64,000 nucleotides of DNA from positions 24,830 through 88,829 of the forward strand of contig CANQAG010000006.1 in assembly GCA_947588815.1 (NCBI GenBank), in the 5' to 3' direction. Shown piece after piece: positions 49,270 through 60,896 of the stretch; positions within the stretch are counted from its first letter, which is position 1, and each line of letters starts with the position of its first letter. Origin of the DNA: an uncultured Bacilli bacterium. GTDB lineage: Bacteria; Bacillota_I; Bacilli_A; RFN20; CAG-449. Below the pieces are notes generated by a model. That model did not search any database. It saw only the letters and a list, made by a program, of their open reading frames with translations, and was not told the DNA's origin. The position numbers and the translations under genes are program-made.

Positions 49270-49526
49270 ATTGCTTTTCCTAATAACTTTACGATTTCTT
49301 CAACTTTTTCTTCAGCATCGCCTTGCTTTAAGGCTGCTCTTACACATCCTTTGATGTGGCCTTCCAAAATCAAAAGTTCCGCCTTTTTTAAAATTGCCAT
49401 AGCGGATTGGAGTTGCACACAAATATCGATGCAATATCTTTCTTCGTCAATCATTTTTAAAATTCCGTCTATTTGTCCTCGTGCTGTTTTAATCTGTGTA
49501 ATTGCTGCTTCTTTGTACTTTGTCAT
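49266..49526 (-). CDS. csoR: Copper-sensing repressor CsoR family
   Basis: GQIDGILKMIDEERYCIDI...HIKGCV; overlaps copA start. Confidence 0.88.
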   Translation of the reverse strand: MTKYKEAAITQIKTARGQIDGILKMIDEERYCIDICVQLQSAMAILKKAELLILEGHIKGCVRAALKQGDAEEKVEEIVKLLGKAI

Positions 49527-49534
49527 TTTTGTCT

Positions 49535-49556
49535 CCCCCTCCCCGTGGGGTGTTAT
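49535..49556 (-). promoter_or_regulatory. CsoR operator-like C/G-tract pseudo-palindrome
   Basis: ATAACACCCCACGGGGAGGGGG just downstream of TATAAT and upstream of csoR. Confidence 0.6.
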
Positions 49557-49582
49557 TATTATATGACAATTTTTGATATTTA

Positions 49583-50602
49583 TCAATTATCTTTATCTAT
49601 TAATTTAACTCCTTGATAGACACCACCATTTAAAAGTTTGGTTTTCGTTGCAAAAAAGATGGTTATCGTCCCTTCGGATATATTAATTTTATAAAGCTTT
49701 ATTCCGCCTTCAAGATCTTCATAACAAATTCGCATACCGATCACTCGATCGCTTTCAATTAAATAATCATCGATATAATTTTTACCTTTATTGAGATAAA
49801 CAATATAAATGCTTTGATTAAAATATTTTTCATAGAGCGCACGATGATATGCAAAATCACTACCACAATTTAATGTAACTACAATTAATCTTTGATCATA
49901 TTTTTGTGCAACGGTAACTAAAGTTCTTTTGGCCTTAGTCGTATATCCGGTTTTACCTCCGATGCAATATTGATATTGTCTTAACAATTTGTTTTTATTG
50001 ATCCACACTCCCTTAATAGGGTTGGTATATGTAGTCGTACTTACAATTTGTTGAAACAATTCATTTTCCATACAATATGCCATTAATAAAGCCATGTCAT
50101 AACAAGAAGAAATATTACCTTCATCAAAAATATCTAAGCCCGAAGGATTGTGAAATGTCGTATTCTTCATTCCGATTTCTTGAGCTTTTTGATTCATTTT
50201 CATTACAAAAGAAGGAATATCTTTTGCCACATTATCCGCTATTAAAACTGCGGCATCATTTCCGCTTCTTAGTAACAATCCATATACTAAGTCAAGAATT
50301 GTAATTTTATCTCCTATTGATAAATAAATCGAAGATCCTTCGATTGTTTTGATTATTTCGTCGACTTCGATAACATTAAATAACTTGTCACTTTCTAAGG
50401 CGATGATCGCTGTCATAATTTTAGATATCGATGCTACCGAATATGCCGAATTGATATCTTTGCCTTCCAAAACTTCGTGTGAGTAACTATCCATTACAAT
50501 GTAATTTCTAGCATAGTACGAAGTTTCAGCATTGATGATGTTTGATTTAGAATTGCTAAAAAAAGTTAATAGACAAACAAAAAATAATATAATTTTTTTC
50601 AT
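49583..50602 (-). CDS. dacB: D-alanyl-D-alanine carboxypeptidase (S11, DacB-like)
   Basis: ASISKIMT, SGNDAA, NPSGLD, GGKTGYT; signal peptide. Confidence 0.8.
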   Translation of the reverse strand: MKKIILFFVCLLTFFSNSKSNIINAETSYYARNYIVMDSYSHEVLEGKDINSAYSVASISKIMTAIIALESDKLFNVIEVDEIIKTIEGSSIYLSIGDKITILDLVYGLLLRSGNDAAVLIADNVAKDIPSFVMKMNQKAQEIGMKNTTFHNPSGLDIFDEGNISSCYDMALLMAYCMENELFQQIVSTTTYTNPIKGVWINKNKLLRQYQYCIGGKTGYTTKAKRTLVTVAQKYDQRLIVVTLNCGSDFAYHRALYEKYFNQSIYIVYLNKGKNYIDDYLIESDRVIGMRICYEDLEGGIKLYKINISEGTITIFFATKTKLLNGGVYQGVKLIDKDN

Positions 50603-50661
50603 ATTAAATTATATTTTGCTAAAAAAATTTAAGAACATTCGATTCTTAGTTTTTAGATAAA

Positions 50662-51762
50662 CTATACCATTTCTTTTTTCAAACGCTTGGCGATTAATCG
50701 ATACTTAAATAAAGTTTCCTTTAAAAATTTTCTTTTTTGTTCTGGTAACTGTTTTAAATTATGATGAAACATTCTTATAAAAATGAACGGATGCTTTTTG
50801 ATATCAAAAATACCGATTGAACTTTTAGCGCCGATTAAATCAAATAAAGTGTCAACGAATTCCTTCCTGTCTTCTTCGGAAATCGAATTGATCCATTCAT
50901 TTACGACTCTGTTAAATAATTCGGCTCGTTTGGCAATTTGTTTAACCATTCTCAGATTTCCGTCTTTATTTACTTGCCAATTGTATAAATCATGTTTTAG
51001 AACGCTAAACTTATAACATTTTATAATGCGAAAATTAAATCCATTGTGCATCAAAATTCCTACCATCGGATCATCGGGGATCATTTTAGTCATTTTATTT
51101 TCTAAGCTTTTAAAACTTTCGGATTCAAAAAATTTTTCAGATTTAAAGCCCGGTCCGTCATGATTGTAAATATGAATTATTCGTTCATGAATATTAGTAT
51201 CCGCCATTACCGCTGCATAATATGCTAAATTACCGCCTTTAGAATGACCACCAATAATTATCGGTAATGGCTTTAAAATCTCTGAAACGATGTTTACATA
51301 TTTCTTGGCTTCTTCTTGGGCAGGAACAATGTCCATAAAAGACATTTGGCAATCTTCCTTCCAGCCAATTAAAGTCGGATCAGTACCCCTAAACGCTATA
51401 TAAATGAAATTTTTAAAAACAAAAGTCAACGAAAAAAATTGTTTATCTTTTCTAGCGCTAAATTGATCAGAAACATAACCTATTTTCATATCTTGATAAC
51501 GTTTAGATGCTTTGATGTAATCTATCAATTTTCGATTTAATCTTTCATCCAAAGTATTTTCACAGATTTTATATTTCACAAAATCATCGGATACTATCTC
51601 CGACAAAGAAAGTGTCATATTATCACTTAAAGAAGGAGCAAAATCGTGAAAGTTTAAATACGAAAGTTGCGCCATTATCAAACTATCAACTTCATTGAAT
51701 GAAAAGTTTTCAAAAGCAACGTCTCCGTAATGCTTTAAAAAATAAAATACATTTTTCTTCAT
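50662..51762 (-). CDS. DUF2974 lipase-like alpha/beta hydrolase
   Basis: FNEVDSL, AFRGTD...GWKED, GGHSKGGNLA, DGPGF. Confidence 0.88.
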   Translation of the reverse strand: MKKNVFYFLKHYGDVAFENFSFNEVDSLIMAQLSYLNFHDFAPSLSDNMTLSLSEIVSDDFVKYKICENTLDERLNRKLIDYIKASKRYQDMKIGYVSDQFSARKDKQFFSLTFVFKNFIYIAFRGTDPTLIGWKEDCQMSFMDIVPAQEEAKKYVNIVSEILKPLPIIIGGHSKGGNLAYYAAVMADTNIHERIIHIYNHDGPGFKSEKFFESESFKSLENKMTKMIPDDPMVGILMHNGFNFRIIKCYKFSVLKHDLYNWQVNKDGNLRMVKQIAKRAELFNRVVNEWINSISEEDRKEFVDTLFDLIGAKSSIGIFDIKKHPFIFIRMFHHNLKQLPEQKRKFLKETLFKYRLIAKRLKKEMV

Positions 51763-51842
51763 TTTTCGACTCCTTTCTTCAATTTAAATATAGCATAAAA
51801 CTAATTTGGAAAGTAGTCATACATAAATAATAAGGAATGCTA

Positions 51843-52670
51843 TTACAGCAATTTTTTTATAAAATTATCTAACTCTTCTTCAGAAGGAAAATCTAACGTG
51901 ATTCTATTTTTCGTAATTCGTACTTTTATATCATATTTTTTCTCAAGTTTTTGTTGCGTTTCATATTTTATGTTACTTCCGTTTAAAAAAGACACTAAAT
52001 CTTCTACGGCTCTGACTGATAATTTTTCTTCGATAATCATTGCAAGAATTTTTTCTTGTTCCGCTTCATTTAAACCAACTAAAACACGAGCATGGCCAAA
52101 CGAAATATCGTTTCGACGCAGGGCATCCAAAACCGGTTTCGACAATTTTAAAATTCTTAAAGAATTGACGATATGGCTTAAAGATTGATGAGTCATAATC
52201 GCAATATCATTTCGACTGATTCCAAACTTTTTCACCGCCGCTTGATACGCGTAAGCTTTATTTAAAATAGAAATTCTGCTATCATTGGCATGATGTTTTA
52301 AAACCATATAAATCATTAAATCATCGGATATTGATCTTACCATCAAAGGTACTTCTTTGAGTTTAAGTTTTCTAGCGACAAAAAATCGTTTGTATCCAGA
52401 TATTACTTCATATTTATCGCCGACTTTTCGCGCTAGTAATGGTAACAATATTCCGTTTTCTTTAATTGATTGAGTCATATCTACGACATCTTCATCCATA
52501 ACCAAAAAATGTTTACACAATGGATTAAATGTGACATCTTCCAACGGCACATTGATAATTGTTTCTTTTGTAAAATCGTTTTCTATAAGTGAAATAATGT
52601 CATTATCACTATAGCGATCAATAAGAACTGCAAGAGAAGGATTTTGCAAATTCTTTTCTTTTTTACTCAT
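51843..52670 (-). CDS. parB: ParB/Spo0J family protein (divergent)
   Basis: SIKENGILLPLL, ISFGHARVL, LSVRAVE; follows parA; several conserved residues altered. Confidence 0.8.
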   Translation of the reverse strand: MSKKEKNLQNPSLAVLIDRYSDNDIISLIENDFTKETIINVPLEDVTFNPLCKHFLVMDEDVVDMTQSIKENGILLPLLARKVGDKYEVISGYKRFFVARKLKLKEVPLMVRSISDDLMIYMVLKHHANDSRISILNKAYAYQAAVKKFGISRNDIAIMTHQSLSHIVNSLRILKLSKPVLDALRRNDISFGHARVLVGLNEAEQEKILAMIIEEKLSVRAVEDLVSFLNGSNIKYETQQKLEKKYDIKVRITKNRITLDFPSEEELDNFIKKLL

Positions 52671-53421
52671 TCAATATCTCCTTTGCTAAAGACAAATAAG
52701 CAATGCTTCCTGACGCTGTCGGTTTAAAGATATTGATTGGTTTTCCTCGCGCGGCCGCTTCAGCCAAAGAAATATTTCGTGGAATTTGAGTTATAAAAGT
52801 TTTTTCCCTGAACAACCCGCGAATTTCAGTGGTAACTTCCGTTCCCAAGCGAGTTCTAGGATCATACATAGTTAAAAGAAACCCCATAATTTCAAGCGAT
52901 GAATTATACTTACTTTGAACTTTGGAAATCGATGAAAGGACTTGAGCAATCCCTTCTAAAGCAAAATATTCACACTGCACAGGTATAATTACTTTATTTG
53001 CCGCGCACAAAGCGTTGATAGTTAAAAATCCAAGCGAAGGCGGGCAATCAATAAACATAAAATCATATTGATCAACTATTTTCTCTAAATTTGTTTTTAA
53101 AATAAAAAACGGATTTGAAATATGCAACATTGCCGATTCGGTAGTTGATAATTTTAAGTTTGCCGGAATCAAATCAAGATTGTCCATTTCAGTTTTTTTA
53201 ATAATTTTATTTATGTCATAACCTGAAACTAAAACATCATAAATCGTGCGGTTTAAACTAGTTGGATCAACACCGACACCTCTAGAACAATTTCCTTGAG
53301 GGTCAAAATCAATTAAAAGAACTTTTTTACCTAATTGAACTAGAGAGGACGCCAAAGAAATTGAAGTCGTAGTTTTTCCTACGCCTCCTTTTTGATTGCT
53401 AAGTGCGATTATTGTTGCCAT
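52663..53421 (-). CDS. parA: ParA/Soj ATPase
   Basis: NQKGGVGKTTT, DFDPQGN, IDCPPSLG, PVQCEYFALEG. Confidence 0.94.
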   Translation of the reverse strand: MATIIALSNQKGGVGKTTTSISLASSLVQLGKKVLLIDFDPQGNCSRGVGVDPTSLNRTIYDVLVSGYDINKIIKKTEMDNLDLIPANLKLSTTESAMLHISNPFFILKTNLEKIVDQYDFMFIDCPPSLGFLTINALCAANKVIIPVQCEYFALEGIAQVLSSISKVQSKYNSSLEIMGFLLTMYDPRTRLGTEVTTEIRGLFREKTFITQIPRNISLAEAAARGKPINIFKPTASGSIAYLSLAKEILNE

Positions 53422-53455
53422 ACTTTATCTCCTACTTCTTTTTCATTATCTCACA

Positions 53456-54166
53456 TTAAAGTGGCATTTTCTTTATTTTAGAATAATTTCTTGGATATTT
53501 ATCATCGGTTTTAGAATTTTTTAAAATAATTAAATTATTTCTTTCGTCACCATTAGTAGGTAAAATCCACTGTTGTTGGTCGACAACTTTTGCCTTTAAA
53601 ATTTTTAAAGCGTTATTAGATATCTCTAGTTCTTCTAAAGCATTTTTACCTTTTAAAGCGATAAAATAACCGCCGACCTTGACTAACGGAATGGCTAATT
53701 CTAATAAGATAGGAAGTTTTGCAACTGCACGAGCCGTCACAATATCAAAACTTTCTTTATAATCTTTACTCAAGTCTTCGCTTCTTTTAGCTATTATTTT
53801 AACGTTGTGAAGATTCAATGCTTCAACCACAACCTTTAAAAAATTTGCTCGCTTATTTAAAGGTTCGATTAAAGTAAAATTTCTATCTTTAAAATAAATC
53901 GCTAACGGAATTCCCGGAAAGCCCGCGCCACTTCCAATATCCGCAATATTTAAACATGGTTTAGATGCAAGAAACGGAGCAACTAACAAGCAATCGTAAA
54001 AATGTTTTTCGTAAATTTCCTCTTCGCTATCGATAGCTGTTAAATTCATCACTTTATTATAAGATTGTAATAACTCTAGATATTGTTTTAGTTTGAAAAG
54101 CATATCATCGCTTAAATCTATTCCGATTATTTGTAAGGCGTTTTTAAATGCTATTTCGTTCATCAC
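53456..54166 (-). CDS. rsmG: 16S rRNA m7G527 methyltransferase
   Basis: MNLTAI, KHFYD, DIGSGAGFPGIPL, TARAVA. Confidence 0.95.
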   Translation of the reverse strand: MMNEIAFKNALQIIGIDLSDDMLFKLKQYLELLQSYNKVMNLTAIDSEEEIYEKHFYDCLLVAPFLASKPCLNIADIGSGAGFPGIPLAIYFKDRNFTLIEPLNKRANFLKVVVEALNLHNVKIIAKRSEDLSKDYKESFDIVTARAVAKLPILLELAIPLVKVGGYFIALKGKNALEELEISNNALKILKAKVVDQQQWILPTNGDERNNLIILKNSKTDDKYPRNYSKIKKMPL

Positions 54167-56021
54167 GGAACCTCCTTACATAAATTAATAACATCGCTAT
54201 ATCGCTTGGATTAATTCCGCTGATTCTTGAAGCTTCCGCAATATTTTTAGGATGAAATTTACTAAGTTTTTGCCTTGCTTCTAACGCTAACCCGTCAAGA
54301 TTATCAAAATCCAAACCATCTGGTATTTCAATATTTTCCATTTTAATCAAGCGCTCTGCTTCTCGCTTTTGCTTTTCGATATAACCTTCATATTTGATGA
54401 TTACTTCAAGTTGCATCATGCCGATTTCGTCAAGTTCATTTAAACCAGAAACAAATTGTTTTATTTCATTATATTTAACTAATGGTCTTTTCAAAAGATT
54501 CGCAGCTGAAGTACCAGCCTTGAAATCACTATAACCAAGCGTTTGAAGATATTCTAAAAGAGCTTTTGAATCAGTTAAAAAAGTTGTTCTTAAAATCTTT
54601 TCGTTCTCTTCTAATTTTGCTTTTTTATCACAAAATCTGGCATATCTTTTTTCACTAATTAATCCGATTTGATGTCCATATTCCGTTAGTCTTAAATCGG
54701 CATTATCGTGACGTATTAAAAGTCGATATTCAGCTCTTGACGATAAAAGTCGATACGGTTCATTTGTCCCTTTTAACACCAAATCATCAATCATCACGCC
54801 GATGTAAGCTTCATCGCGCCTTAAAATAAGCGGATCTTTACCTAAAATTTTCAATGAAGCATTGATACCCGCCATCAATCCTAATCCGGCCGCCTCTTCG
54901 TAACCTGAAGTTCCACATATTTGTCCGGCGCAATATAGTCCCGGCCATTTTTTTATTTGCAGAGTGTGATCAAACTGGAGTGGAACGATTGCGTCGTATT
55001 CGATTGCATAAGCGTATTTTAAAATTTCAGCATGTTCCAATCCTTTTAAAGAATGCACCATCTCTTCTTGTACTTCTTTTGGCATCGAAGTTGAAAATCC
55101 TTGTAAGTAAATGGAATTTGTCTTTCGCGACTCCGGCTCTAAAAATAATTGATGACGTGGTTTATCGGCAAACCGCACAATTTTATCTTCGATGCTTGGG
55201 CAGTATCGTGGTCCAACGCCTTTCACAATACCGCCATACATGGCTGATTTATGTAAATTATCACGAATTATTTGATGTGTTTTTTCATTAGTGTATGTCA
55301 AATAGCAAACGATTTGATCTTCAAGGGGAATAAATTTATCAGTTTCGTAAGAAAAAGCTAAATTTCCTTGAGTACCATATTGAGGCTCTAAAATTGAAAA
55401 ATCTATCGATTCAGCTTTAATTCTTTGAGGAGTACCGGTTTTCAATCTAAAAATTTCAATTCCCATTTTTTGAAGATTCAAAGAAAGACCGCGAGCTGAC
55501 TTTTCTCCATCAGGACCGCCTACGGTTGCTTCATGTCCGACCAAAATTTCACTTTCCATATAAGTTCCGGTCGTTAAAATCACGGCTTGACTTTCGTATT
55601 GTCCCTTTGTTGTGATGACACCATAAACTTTTGAATCATCATGCAACAAATCGACAACCATCTCTTCTGCAATCGTTAAATTCTCTGTGTTCATAGCTAA
55701 ATATTGCATATAAGCGGGATAATCGATTTTATCGGCTTGACAACGAAGGCATTGAACTCCAGGCCCTTTTCCGGTGTTTAACATTTTCATCTGCAAATAC
55801 TCATGGTCTGCAGCTTTACCCATCATGCCCCCTAAAGCGTCGATTTCACGCACGACAATTCCTTTAGCGGAGCCACCAATAGATGGATTACAAGGCATAT
55901 TAGCCATCATTTTTTTATTCAAAGTTAATAGGAGAGTATTTAATCCCATGTGGGCAGCAGCAAAAGCTGCTTCCATTCCAGCATGACCTCCGCCTACAAC
56001 AATGACATCGTACTTTTTCAT
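54144..56021 (-). CDS. mnmG: tRNA uridine modification enzyme GidA/MnmG
   Basis: [43 protein letters not shown]. Confidence 0.97.
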   Translation of the reverse strand: MKKYDVIVVGGGHAGMEAAFAAAHMGLNTLLLTLNKKMMANMPCNPSIGGSAKGIVVREIDALGGMMGKAADHEYLQMKMLNTGKGPGVQCLRCQADKIDYPAYMQYLAMNTENLTIAEEMVVDLLHDDSKVYGVITTKGQYESQAVILTTGTYMESEILVGHEATVGGPDGEKSARGLSLNLQKMGIEIFRLKTGTPQRIKAESIDFSILEPQYGTQGNLAFSYETDKFIPLEDQIVCYLTYTNEKTHQIIRDNLHKSAMYGGIVKGVGPRYCPSIEDKIVRFADKPRHQLFLEPESRKTNSIYLQGFSTSMPKEVQEEMVHSLKGLEHAEILKYAYAIEYDAIVPLQFDHTLQIKKWPGLYCAGQICGTSGYEEAAGLGLMAGINASLKILGKDPLILRRDEAYIGVMIDDLVLKGTNEPYRLLSSRAEYRLLIRHDNADLRLTEYGHQIGLISEKRYARFCDKKAKLEENEKILRTTFLTDSKALLEYLQTLGYSDFKAGTSAANLLKRPLVKYNEIKQFVSGLNELDEIGMMQLEVIIKYEGYIEKQKREAERLIKMENIEIPDGLDFDNLDGLALEARQKLSKFHPKNIAEASRISGINPSDIAMLLIYVRRFRDERNSI

Positions 56022-57403
56022 CCGATACTACCTTCCATATCCATTTTGATCAATTGATTCAATTCAACAGCATATTCCATCGGTAATTCTCGCGAAAAAG
56101 GTTCAATAAATCCCATGATAATCATTTGAGTAGCATCTTTTTCTGAGATGCCACGACTCATCAAATAGAACATTTGATCTTCACTAATTTTACTTACGGT
56201 TGCTTCATGTTCAAGAAAAGAAGAGTTATTTGAAATAATATTCGTCGGTATCGTATCAGAGCGCGAAACATTATCGAGAATCAAAGTGTCACATTCGACA
56301 TGAGCTTTACAATTTTTAGCTTGTTCTGCAATAAATACTTTTCCGCGATAATTAGCGATTCCGCCACGCTTCACTACAGATTTTGAAATAATAGATGAAG
56401 TTGTTTCATCAGCTAAATGAATCATTTTAGCCCCTGCGTCTTGTTCTTGCAAGTGATCAGCAACAGCGATAGAAATACATGTTCCTTTCGCTCGAGGACC
56501 CGCTAAAACGCAACATGGATATTTCATATTCAATTGACTGCCGATATTGCCATCGATCCATTCCATCATCGCATCTTCGTGGACCAAAGCTCTTTTGGTA
56601 ACTAAATTGACAATGTTGTTCGACCAATTTTGAATAGTGGAATAACGACATTTGCCTCCTTTTAAAATGACAATTTCCACTACCGCAGCGTGTAATGATT
56701 CTTTTGAATAAATCGGTGCCGTACAGCCTTCGACATAGTGCACGTCCGCCCCTTCATCGACAATAATCAGTGTTCTTTCAAATTGACCTGTTTTTTCATT
56801 ATTAATTCTAAAGTAAGACTGCAGAGGTTTTTCTAACTTTACACCTTTAGGAACATAAATAAAAGATCCACCCGACCAAACCGCTCCATTCAAAGCCGCA
56901 AATTTATTGTCGTCATAATTAACTACAGATCCAAAATATTTTTTAAATAAATCAGGGCATGTTTTTAATGCCATGTCAGTAGAAAGAAAAATTATTCCTT
57001 TTTCTTCAACTTCTTTAAGCATATTGTGATAGACAACTTCAGATTCATACTGCGTAGAAACTCCAGCCAAATATTTTTGTTCGGCTTCAGGAATCCCAAG
57101 ACGTGAGAAAGTTTCTTTAATCGTTTCTGGCACATCGTCCCAATTATTCTCTTCTTTTTTGCTCGGCCTTGTAAAATAAGTGTATGAATTAAAATCAAGA
57201 TTTTTTAAATTCGGTCCATAATTAGGAAGACTCATTTCCAAAAATTTTTTATAACTTTTTAATCTAAATTCAAGCATCCATTCAGGCTCATTTTTATATT
57301 CGGAAATCTGTCTTATAATATCTTCGTTTAACCCAACCGCCGTTTTAATAATAGATACATCTTTATCTTTAAATCCATATTTATATTCTTCACTCATCGT
57401 CAT
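56018..57403 (-). CDS. sufB: Fe-S cluster assembly protein SufB
   Basis: [41 protein letters not shown]. Confidence 0.96.
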   Translation of the reverse strand: MTMSEEYKYGFKDKDVSIIKTAVGLNEDIIRQISEYKNEPEWMLEFRLKSYKKFLEMSLPNYGPNLKNLDFNSYTYFTRPSKKEENNWDDVPETIKETFSRLGIPEAEQKYLAGVSTQYESEVVYHNMLKEVEEKGIIFLSTDMALKTCPDLFKKYFGSVVNYDDNKFAALNGAVWSGGSFIYVPKGVKLEKPLQSYFRINNEKTGQFERTLIIVDEGADVHYVEGCTAPIYSKESLHAAVVEIVILKGGKCRYSTIQNWSNNIVNLVTKRALVHEDAMMEWIDGNIGSQLNMKYPCCVLAGPRAKGTCISIAVADHLQEQDAGAKMIHLADETTSSIISKSVVKRGGIANYRGKVFIAEQAKNCKAHVECDTLILDNVSRSDTIPTNIISNNSSFLEHEATVSKISEDQMFYLMSRGISEKDATQMIIMGFIEPFSRELPMEYAVELNQLIKMDMEGSIG

Positions 57404-57830
57404 CAGCTCCTAAGATTTTATTGACCCCATTCCATCCGATCGTTGCGCATTTGATTCTCGCAGCTTGTTTAGAAGTATTCATAAAAACTATCGCCTCATC
57501 AAGAATTTCAGGATCATATTCTTCCTCGTGAATCATATTTTTATAATTCGAAATGATATTTTGGGCTTCGCTAACCGTTTTACCTTTTAAAAGTTCCGTC
57601 ATAATCGAAGTAGACGCTGTTGAAATCGCACAACCGATTCCATGCCAACAAACATCTACAAGTCGATCGTTTTCAATTTTCACTTGGATATAAATTTTAT
57701 CAATACACGAAGTGGAGTCCATATAAATTGTTTGATAATCTTCACTTGTTGCTTCTCTTTTATTTCTTGGATTTTGATAATGATCCATGATGATTTCCCG
57801 CATCATCTCGTTAGTCATTGAAAAATGCAT
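57390..57830 (-). CDS. sufU: SufU (NifU-like) sulfur transfer protein
   Basis: [28 protein letters not shown]; start 57830 or 57818. Confidence 0.92.
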   Translation of the reverse strand: MHFSMTNEMMREIIMDHYQNPRNKREATSEDYQTIYMDSTSCIDKIYIQVKIENDRLVDVCWHGIGCAISTASTSIMTELLKGKTVSEAQNIISNYKNMIHEEEYDPEILDEAIVFMNTSKQAARIKCATIGWNGVNKILGADDDE

Positions 57831-59043
57831 CGAGAAAATCACCGCCTTTCTTGCACGCATCAACAAAGATATCTATTTCTTCTTTAGTGTTGTAGAAATA
57901 AAGACTGGCTCTTAAAGTAGCTGTCGTCTTTAAAAATTCCATTAATATTTTAGCACAATGTTGCCCCGAACGAACACAAACGCCTTTAGAATTCAATAAA
58001 GAAGCTGCATCTTGAGCAAAAACATTCTTCAAGTTAAAAGTAACAATTCCTGTATCAGCTGAAGGATTGTATATTGTTATACCTTCAATTTCTTTCATTT
58101 TATCAATCATATATTGTCGCAATTCAATCTCATATTTTGCAATTTCATCCATGCCGATTTTTTCAAGATATTCAATAGCTGCCGCCAAGCCGATTGCCCC
58201 TTCAATATTTTGAGTTCCGGCTTCAAATTTTAAAGGAGGAATTTGTAAACCGACATCGCCACACATGTCAAAACGCGTGTTCATCCCACCACCGGTCAAT
58301 AAAGGATCCATACAATCTAACAATTGATATTTTCCATATAAGACTCCAATGCCGGTAGGTCCACACATCTTATGTCCGCTAAAACAAAGAAAATCACAGT
58401 CCAAATCTTTTACATCAGTTTTCATATGTGGAACACTTTGCGCTCCGTCCACCACAATAATAGCGCCATATTGATGAGCGATTTTTGCAATCTCTTTAAC
58501 ATCAATTACATACCCCATAACGTTAGTGACTTGAGCCACAGAAATAACCTTAGTATTTTTAGTAATCGTTTTACTGACATTTTCAGGAGTTAATTTGCCT
58601 TTTTCATCAAGAGGAATATATTTTATTTTGCAACCGGTAACTTCTGCTACTTTAAACCAAGGTAAAATATTTGAAGCGTGTTCGGCTTCAGTCAATAAAA
58701 TTTCATCTTCCGGTTTTAAATATTTTATTCCCCATCCATAAGCGACAAGATTAAGTGACATTGAAGCGCCTGAAGTAAAAACGATTTCCGATTTTTTTGC
58801 TCCGATAAACTTTGCAACTTTACTCCTCGCTCCTTCATAAAGTTCGTCAACTTGCTGCGATAAATCATAATCCGCACGATGGGAATTAGATGTGCAGTTA
58901 CAATAATAATTTTCAATGGCCTTTAAAACACAATAAGGTTTAAAAGAAGTCGCAGCATTATCCAGATAGACTAAAGGATGTCCCTGCATCGTAAGGCCTC
59001 GTAACATTGGAAAGTCTTTTCTTATTTGTTGTACATCAAACAT
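57811..59043 (-). CDS. sufS: Cysteine desulfurase SufS
   Basis: YLDNAAT, VDGAQ, SGHKMCGPTGIG, RSGQHCA. Confidence 0.95.
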   Translation of the reverse strand: MFDVQQIRKDFPMLRGLTMQGHPLVYLDNAATSFKPYCVLKAIENYYCNCTSNSHRADYDLSQQVDELYEGARSKVAKFIGAKKSEIVFTSGASMSLNLVAYGWGIKYLKPEDEILLTEAEHASNILPWFKVAEVTGCKIKYIPLDEKGKLTPENVSKTITKNTKVISVAQVTNVMGYVIDVKEIAKIAHQYGAIIVVDGAQSVPHMKTDVKDLDCDFLCFSGHKMCGPTGIGVLYGKYQLLDCMDPLLTGGGMNTRFDMCGDVGLQIPPLKFEAGTQNIEGAIGLAAAIEYLEKIGMDEIAKYEIELRQYMIDKMKEIEGITIYNPSADTGIVTFNLKNVFAQDAASLLNSKGVCVRSGQHCAKILMEFLKTTATLRASLYFYNTKEEIDIFVDACKKGGDFLDAFFND

Positions 59044-59046
59044 AAA

Positions 59047-59892
59047 TTACACCTTCTTTATGATCGCATTAGCGATGTCTTCTTTTATTCTTTGATCATC
59101 AAAATATGCAATAATCGGATTCAAATATCCAAGAGTAATCAATCTTTTAGCTTCTTCTTCACCTAAACCACGTGAACAAAGATAAAAAATATGTTCTTCA
59201 TTTATTTTTCCAACAACAGCAGCGTGACTAGCTTCGACATCATTTTCGTCAATGCACAAAATCGGATCCGCTTCAGCACGACATTTTTCATCAAATACCA
59301 TAATTCGCGCATTTTGATGAGCGGCAGATTTGCTAGCTTTATTTTCAATTTTTGAAGTTCCCAAAAACGAAATTTTTGATTCATCTTTGCACACTCCGTA
59401 ATTATTCATTTCGGAATAAGTGTTCACTGCACAATGATCGAAAGAAACTTTCATAGTTTTTCGATCGTTTTTACCGGCCAAAGCAGCAAGGTGCCATAAA
59501 GCTCTAGCATTAGGTTCTTTAAGAGAAATCAAAACATCGATAGCTTCGATGCCAGTGCAAAAATCTGCATAGGCACACAATAAGTTTGCACTATCGAATA
59601 GTTTGAATTTATAAGTTCTTTTATTGCTAAAATCTAAAGAGCAAATTTCTAATTTCAAACAACTTTTTTCTTTAAGAATAACATTGAAATTTGCATCTTT
59701 AGAACCAAGTTGAACAATTTTAATATTTGATTCTTCATCGCAGATTATCTCTATTTGAGATTGAGCGCAATCATCTACATTTAAGTATCCATCGACATTT
59801 GAATTCTTTTCAAAAGAAAAGGTTAATTTATCGTTATTAAAGCTCTTTTTAACTGTTTTAGAATCCAAGTTTTCATTTAAAATGTCTATCAT
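59047..59892 (-). CDS. sufD: Fe-S cluster assembly protein SufD (short form)
   Basis: P.L.IDENDVEASHAAVVG, FYLCSRG; operon position. Confidence 0.88.
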   Translation of the reverse strand: MIDILNENLDSKTVKKSFNNDKLTFSFEKNSNVDGYLNVDDCAQSQIEIICDEESNIKIVQLGSKDANFNVILKEKSCLKLEICSLDFSNKRTYKFKLFDSANLLCAYADFCTGIEAIDVLISLKEPNARALWHLAALAGKNDRKTMKVSFDHCAVNTYSEMNNYGVCKDESKISFLGTSKIENKASKSAAHQNARIMVFDEKCRAEADPILCIDENDVEASHAAVVGKINEEHIFYLCSRGLGEEEAKRLITLGYLNPIIAYFDDQRIKEDIANAIIKKV

Positions 59893-59900
59893 AGGTTCAC

Positions 59901-60728
59901 CTATTTCTTGATTGCTTCTTTTACGGCACACGAACCAATCGAAGTACTACGCATTGCAACTTGATCATCTTTTTGAATTTCAATGCCTTTTTCATATTTA
60001 AGCCATTCATATCCATCTTTATCGATTCGTGAAATAAGTTCAGCGCCACCTTCTAAAGCAATTTTTCCATTAACCATAATCGCTACACGTGTCGGCTTAA
60101 TTAATTGGTATAACCGCGCATAGTGCGAGACCACCAAAAATGAAATAAGTGATTCATTTTTTAAATCATTTATTGCATCGGAAACACAATTTAAAGCATC
60201 CACATCAAGTCCGGAATCGATTTCATCGAGCATTGCAAAATCCGGTTTTAAAAGGAGCATTTGTAAAATTTCATTTCTTTTCTTTTCGCCACCGGAAAAA
60301 CCTTCATTAAGAAAACGGCTAGCCATACTCATCGAAATGTTCATTTTCTTGGAGGCGGCTTCCAATTGTCGATAAAACTCGTATATACCAATCGGTTTTT
60401 CACGGCGACTATTAATCGCCGACTTTAAAAAATCCGCATTGACTACCCCCGGTACTTCACTTGGATATTGCATGCCTAAAAATAACCCATGCTTAGCTCT
60501 TTCGTCAACTGACATTTTTAAAACATCTTCACCATTTAAGAGAATTTTACCTTCGGTAACCCGATAGCGAGGATTACCCATAATCGCAGCTAATAAAGTC
60601 GATTTACCATGTCCATTAGGGCCAAGTAAAGCCACCACCTCATTTTCTTTGATCTCTAAGTTTACCCCTCTAAGAATTTCTTTATCGTCAACACTCACAT
60701 GGAGATTTTCAACAATTAGCGATTTCAT
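59901..60728 (-). CDS. sufC: Fe-S cluster assembly ATPase SufC
   Basis: GPNGHGKST, NEGFSGGEKKRNE, LDEIDSGLDVDA. Confidence 0.95.
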   Translation of the reverse strand: MKSLIVENLHVSVDDKEILRGVNLEIKENEVVALLGPNGHGKSTLLAAIMGNPRYRVTEGKILLNGEDVLKMSVDERAKHGLFLGMQYPSEVPGVVNADFLKSAINSRREKPIGIYEFYRQLEAASKKMNISMSMASRFLNEGFSGGEKKRNEILQMLLLKPDFAMLDEIDSGLDVDALNCVSDAINDLKNESLISFLVVSHYARLYQLIKPTRVAIMVNGKIALEGGAELISRIDKDGYEWLKYEKGIEIQKDDQVAMRSTSIGSCAVKEAIKK

Positions 60729-60896
60729 AAGTTTTTTGTCTCCTTATTGCTATTATTTTACACTATTAACTAACGCAGTACAATTTTTTGGAAAAATTAA
60801 CTGCTCGCGAATATCTTTAAATATTTTGGTCAAAAATGCAACTAGGATGATAAAAAACAAAAAAAAAGAGCAAAGCTTAAACTTTGCCCCTAAGAA

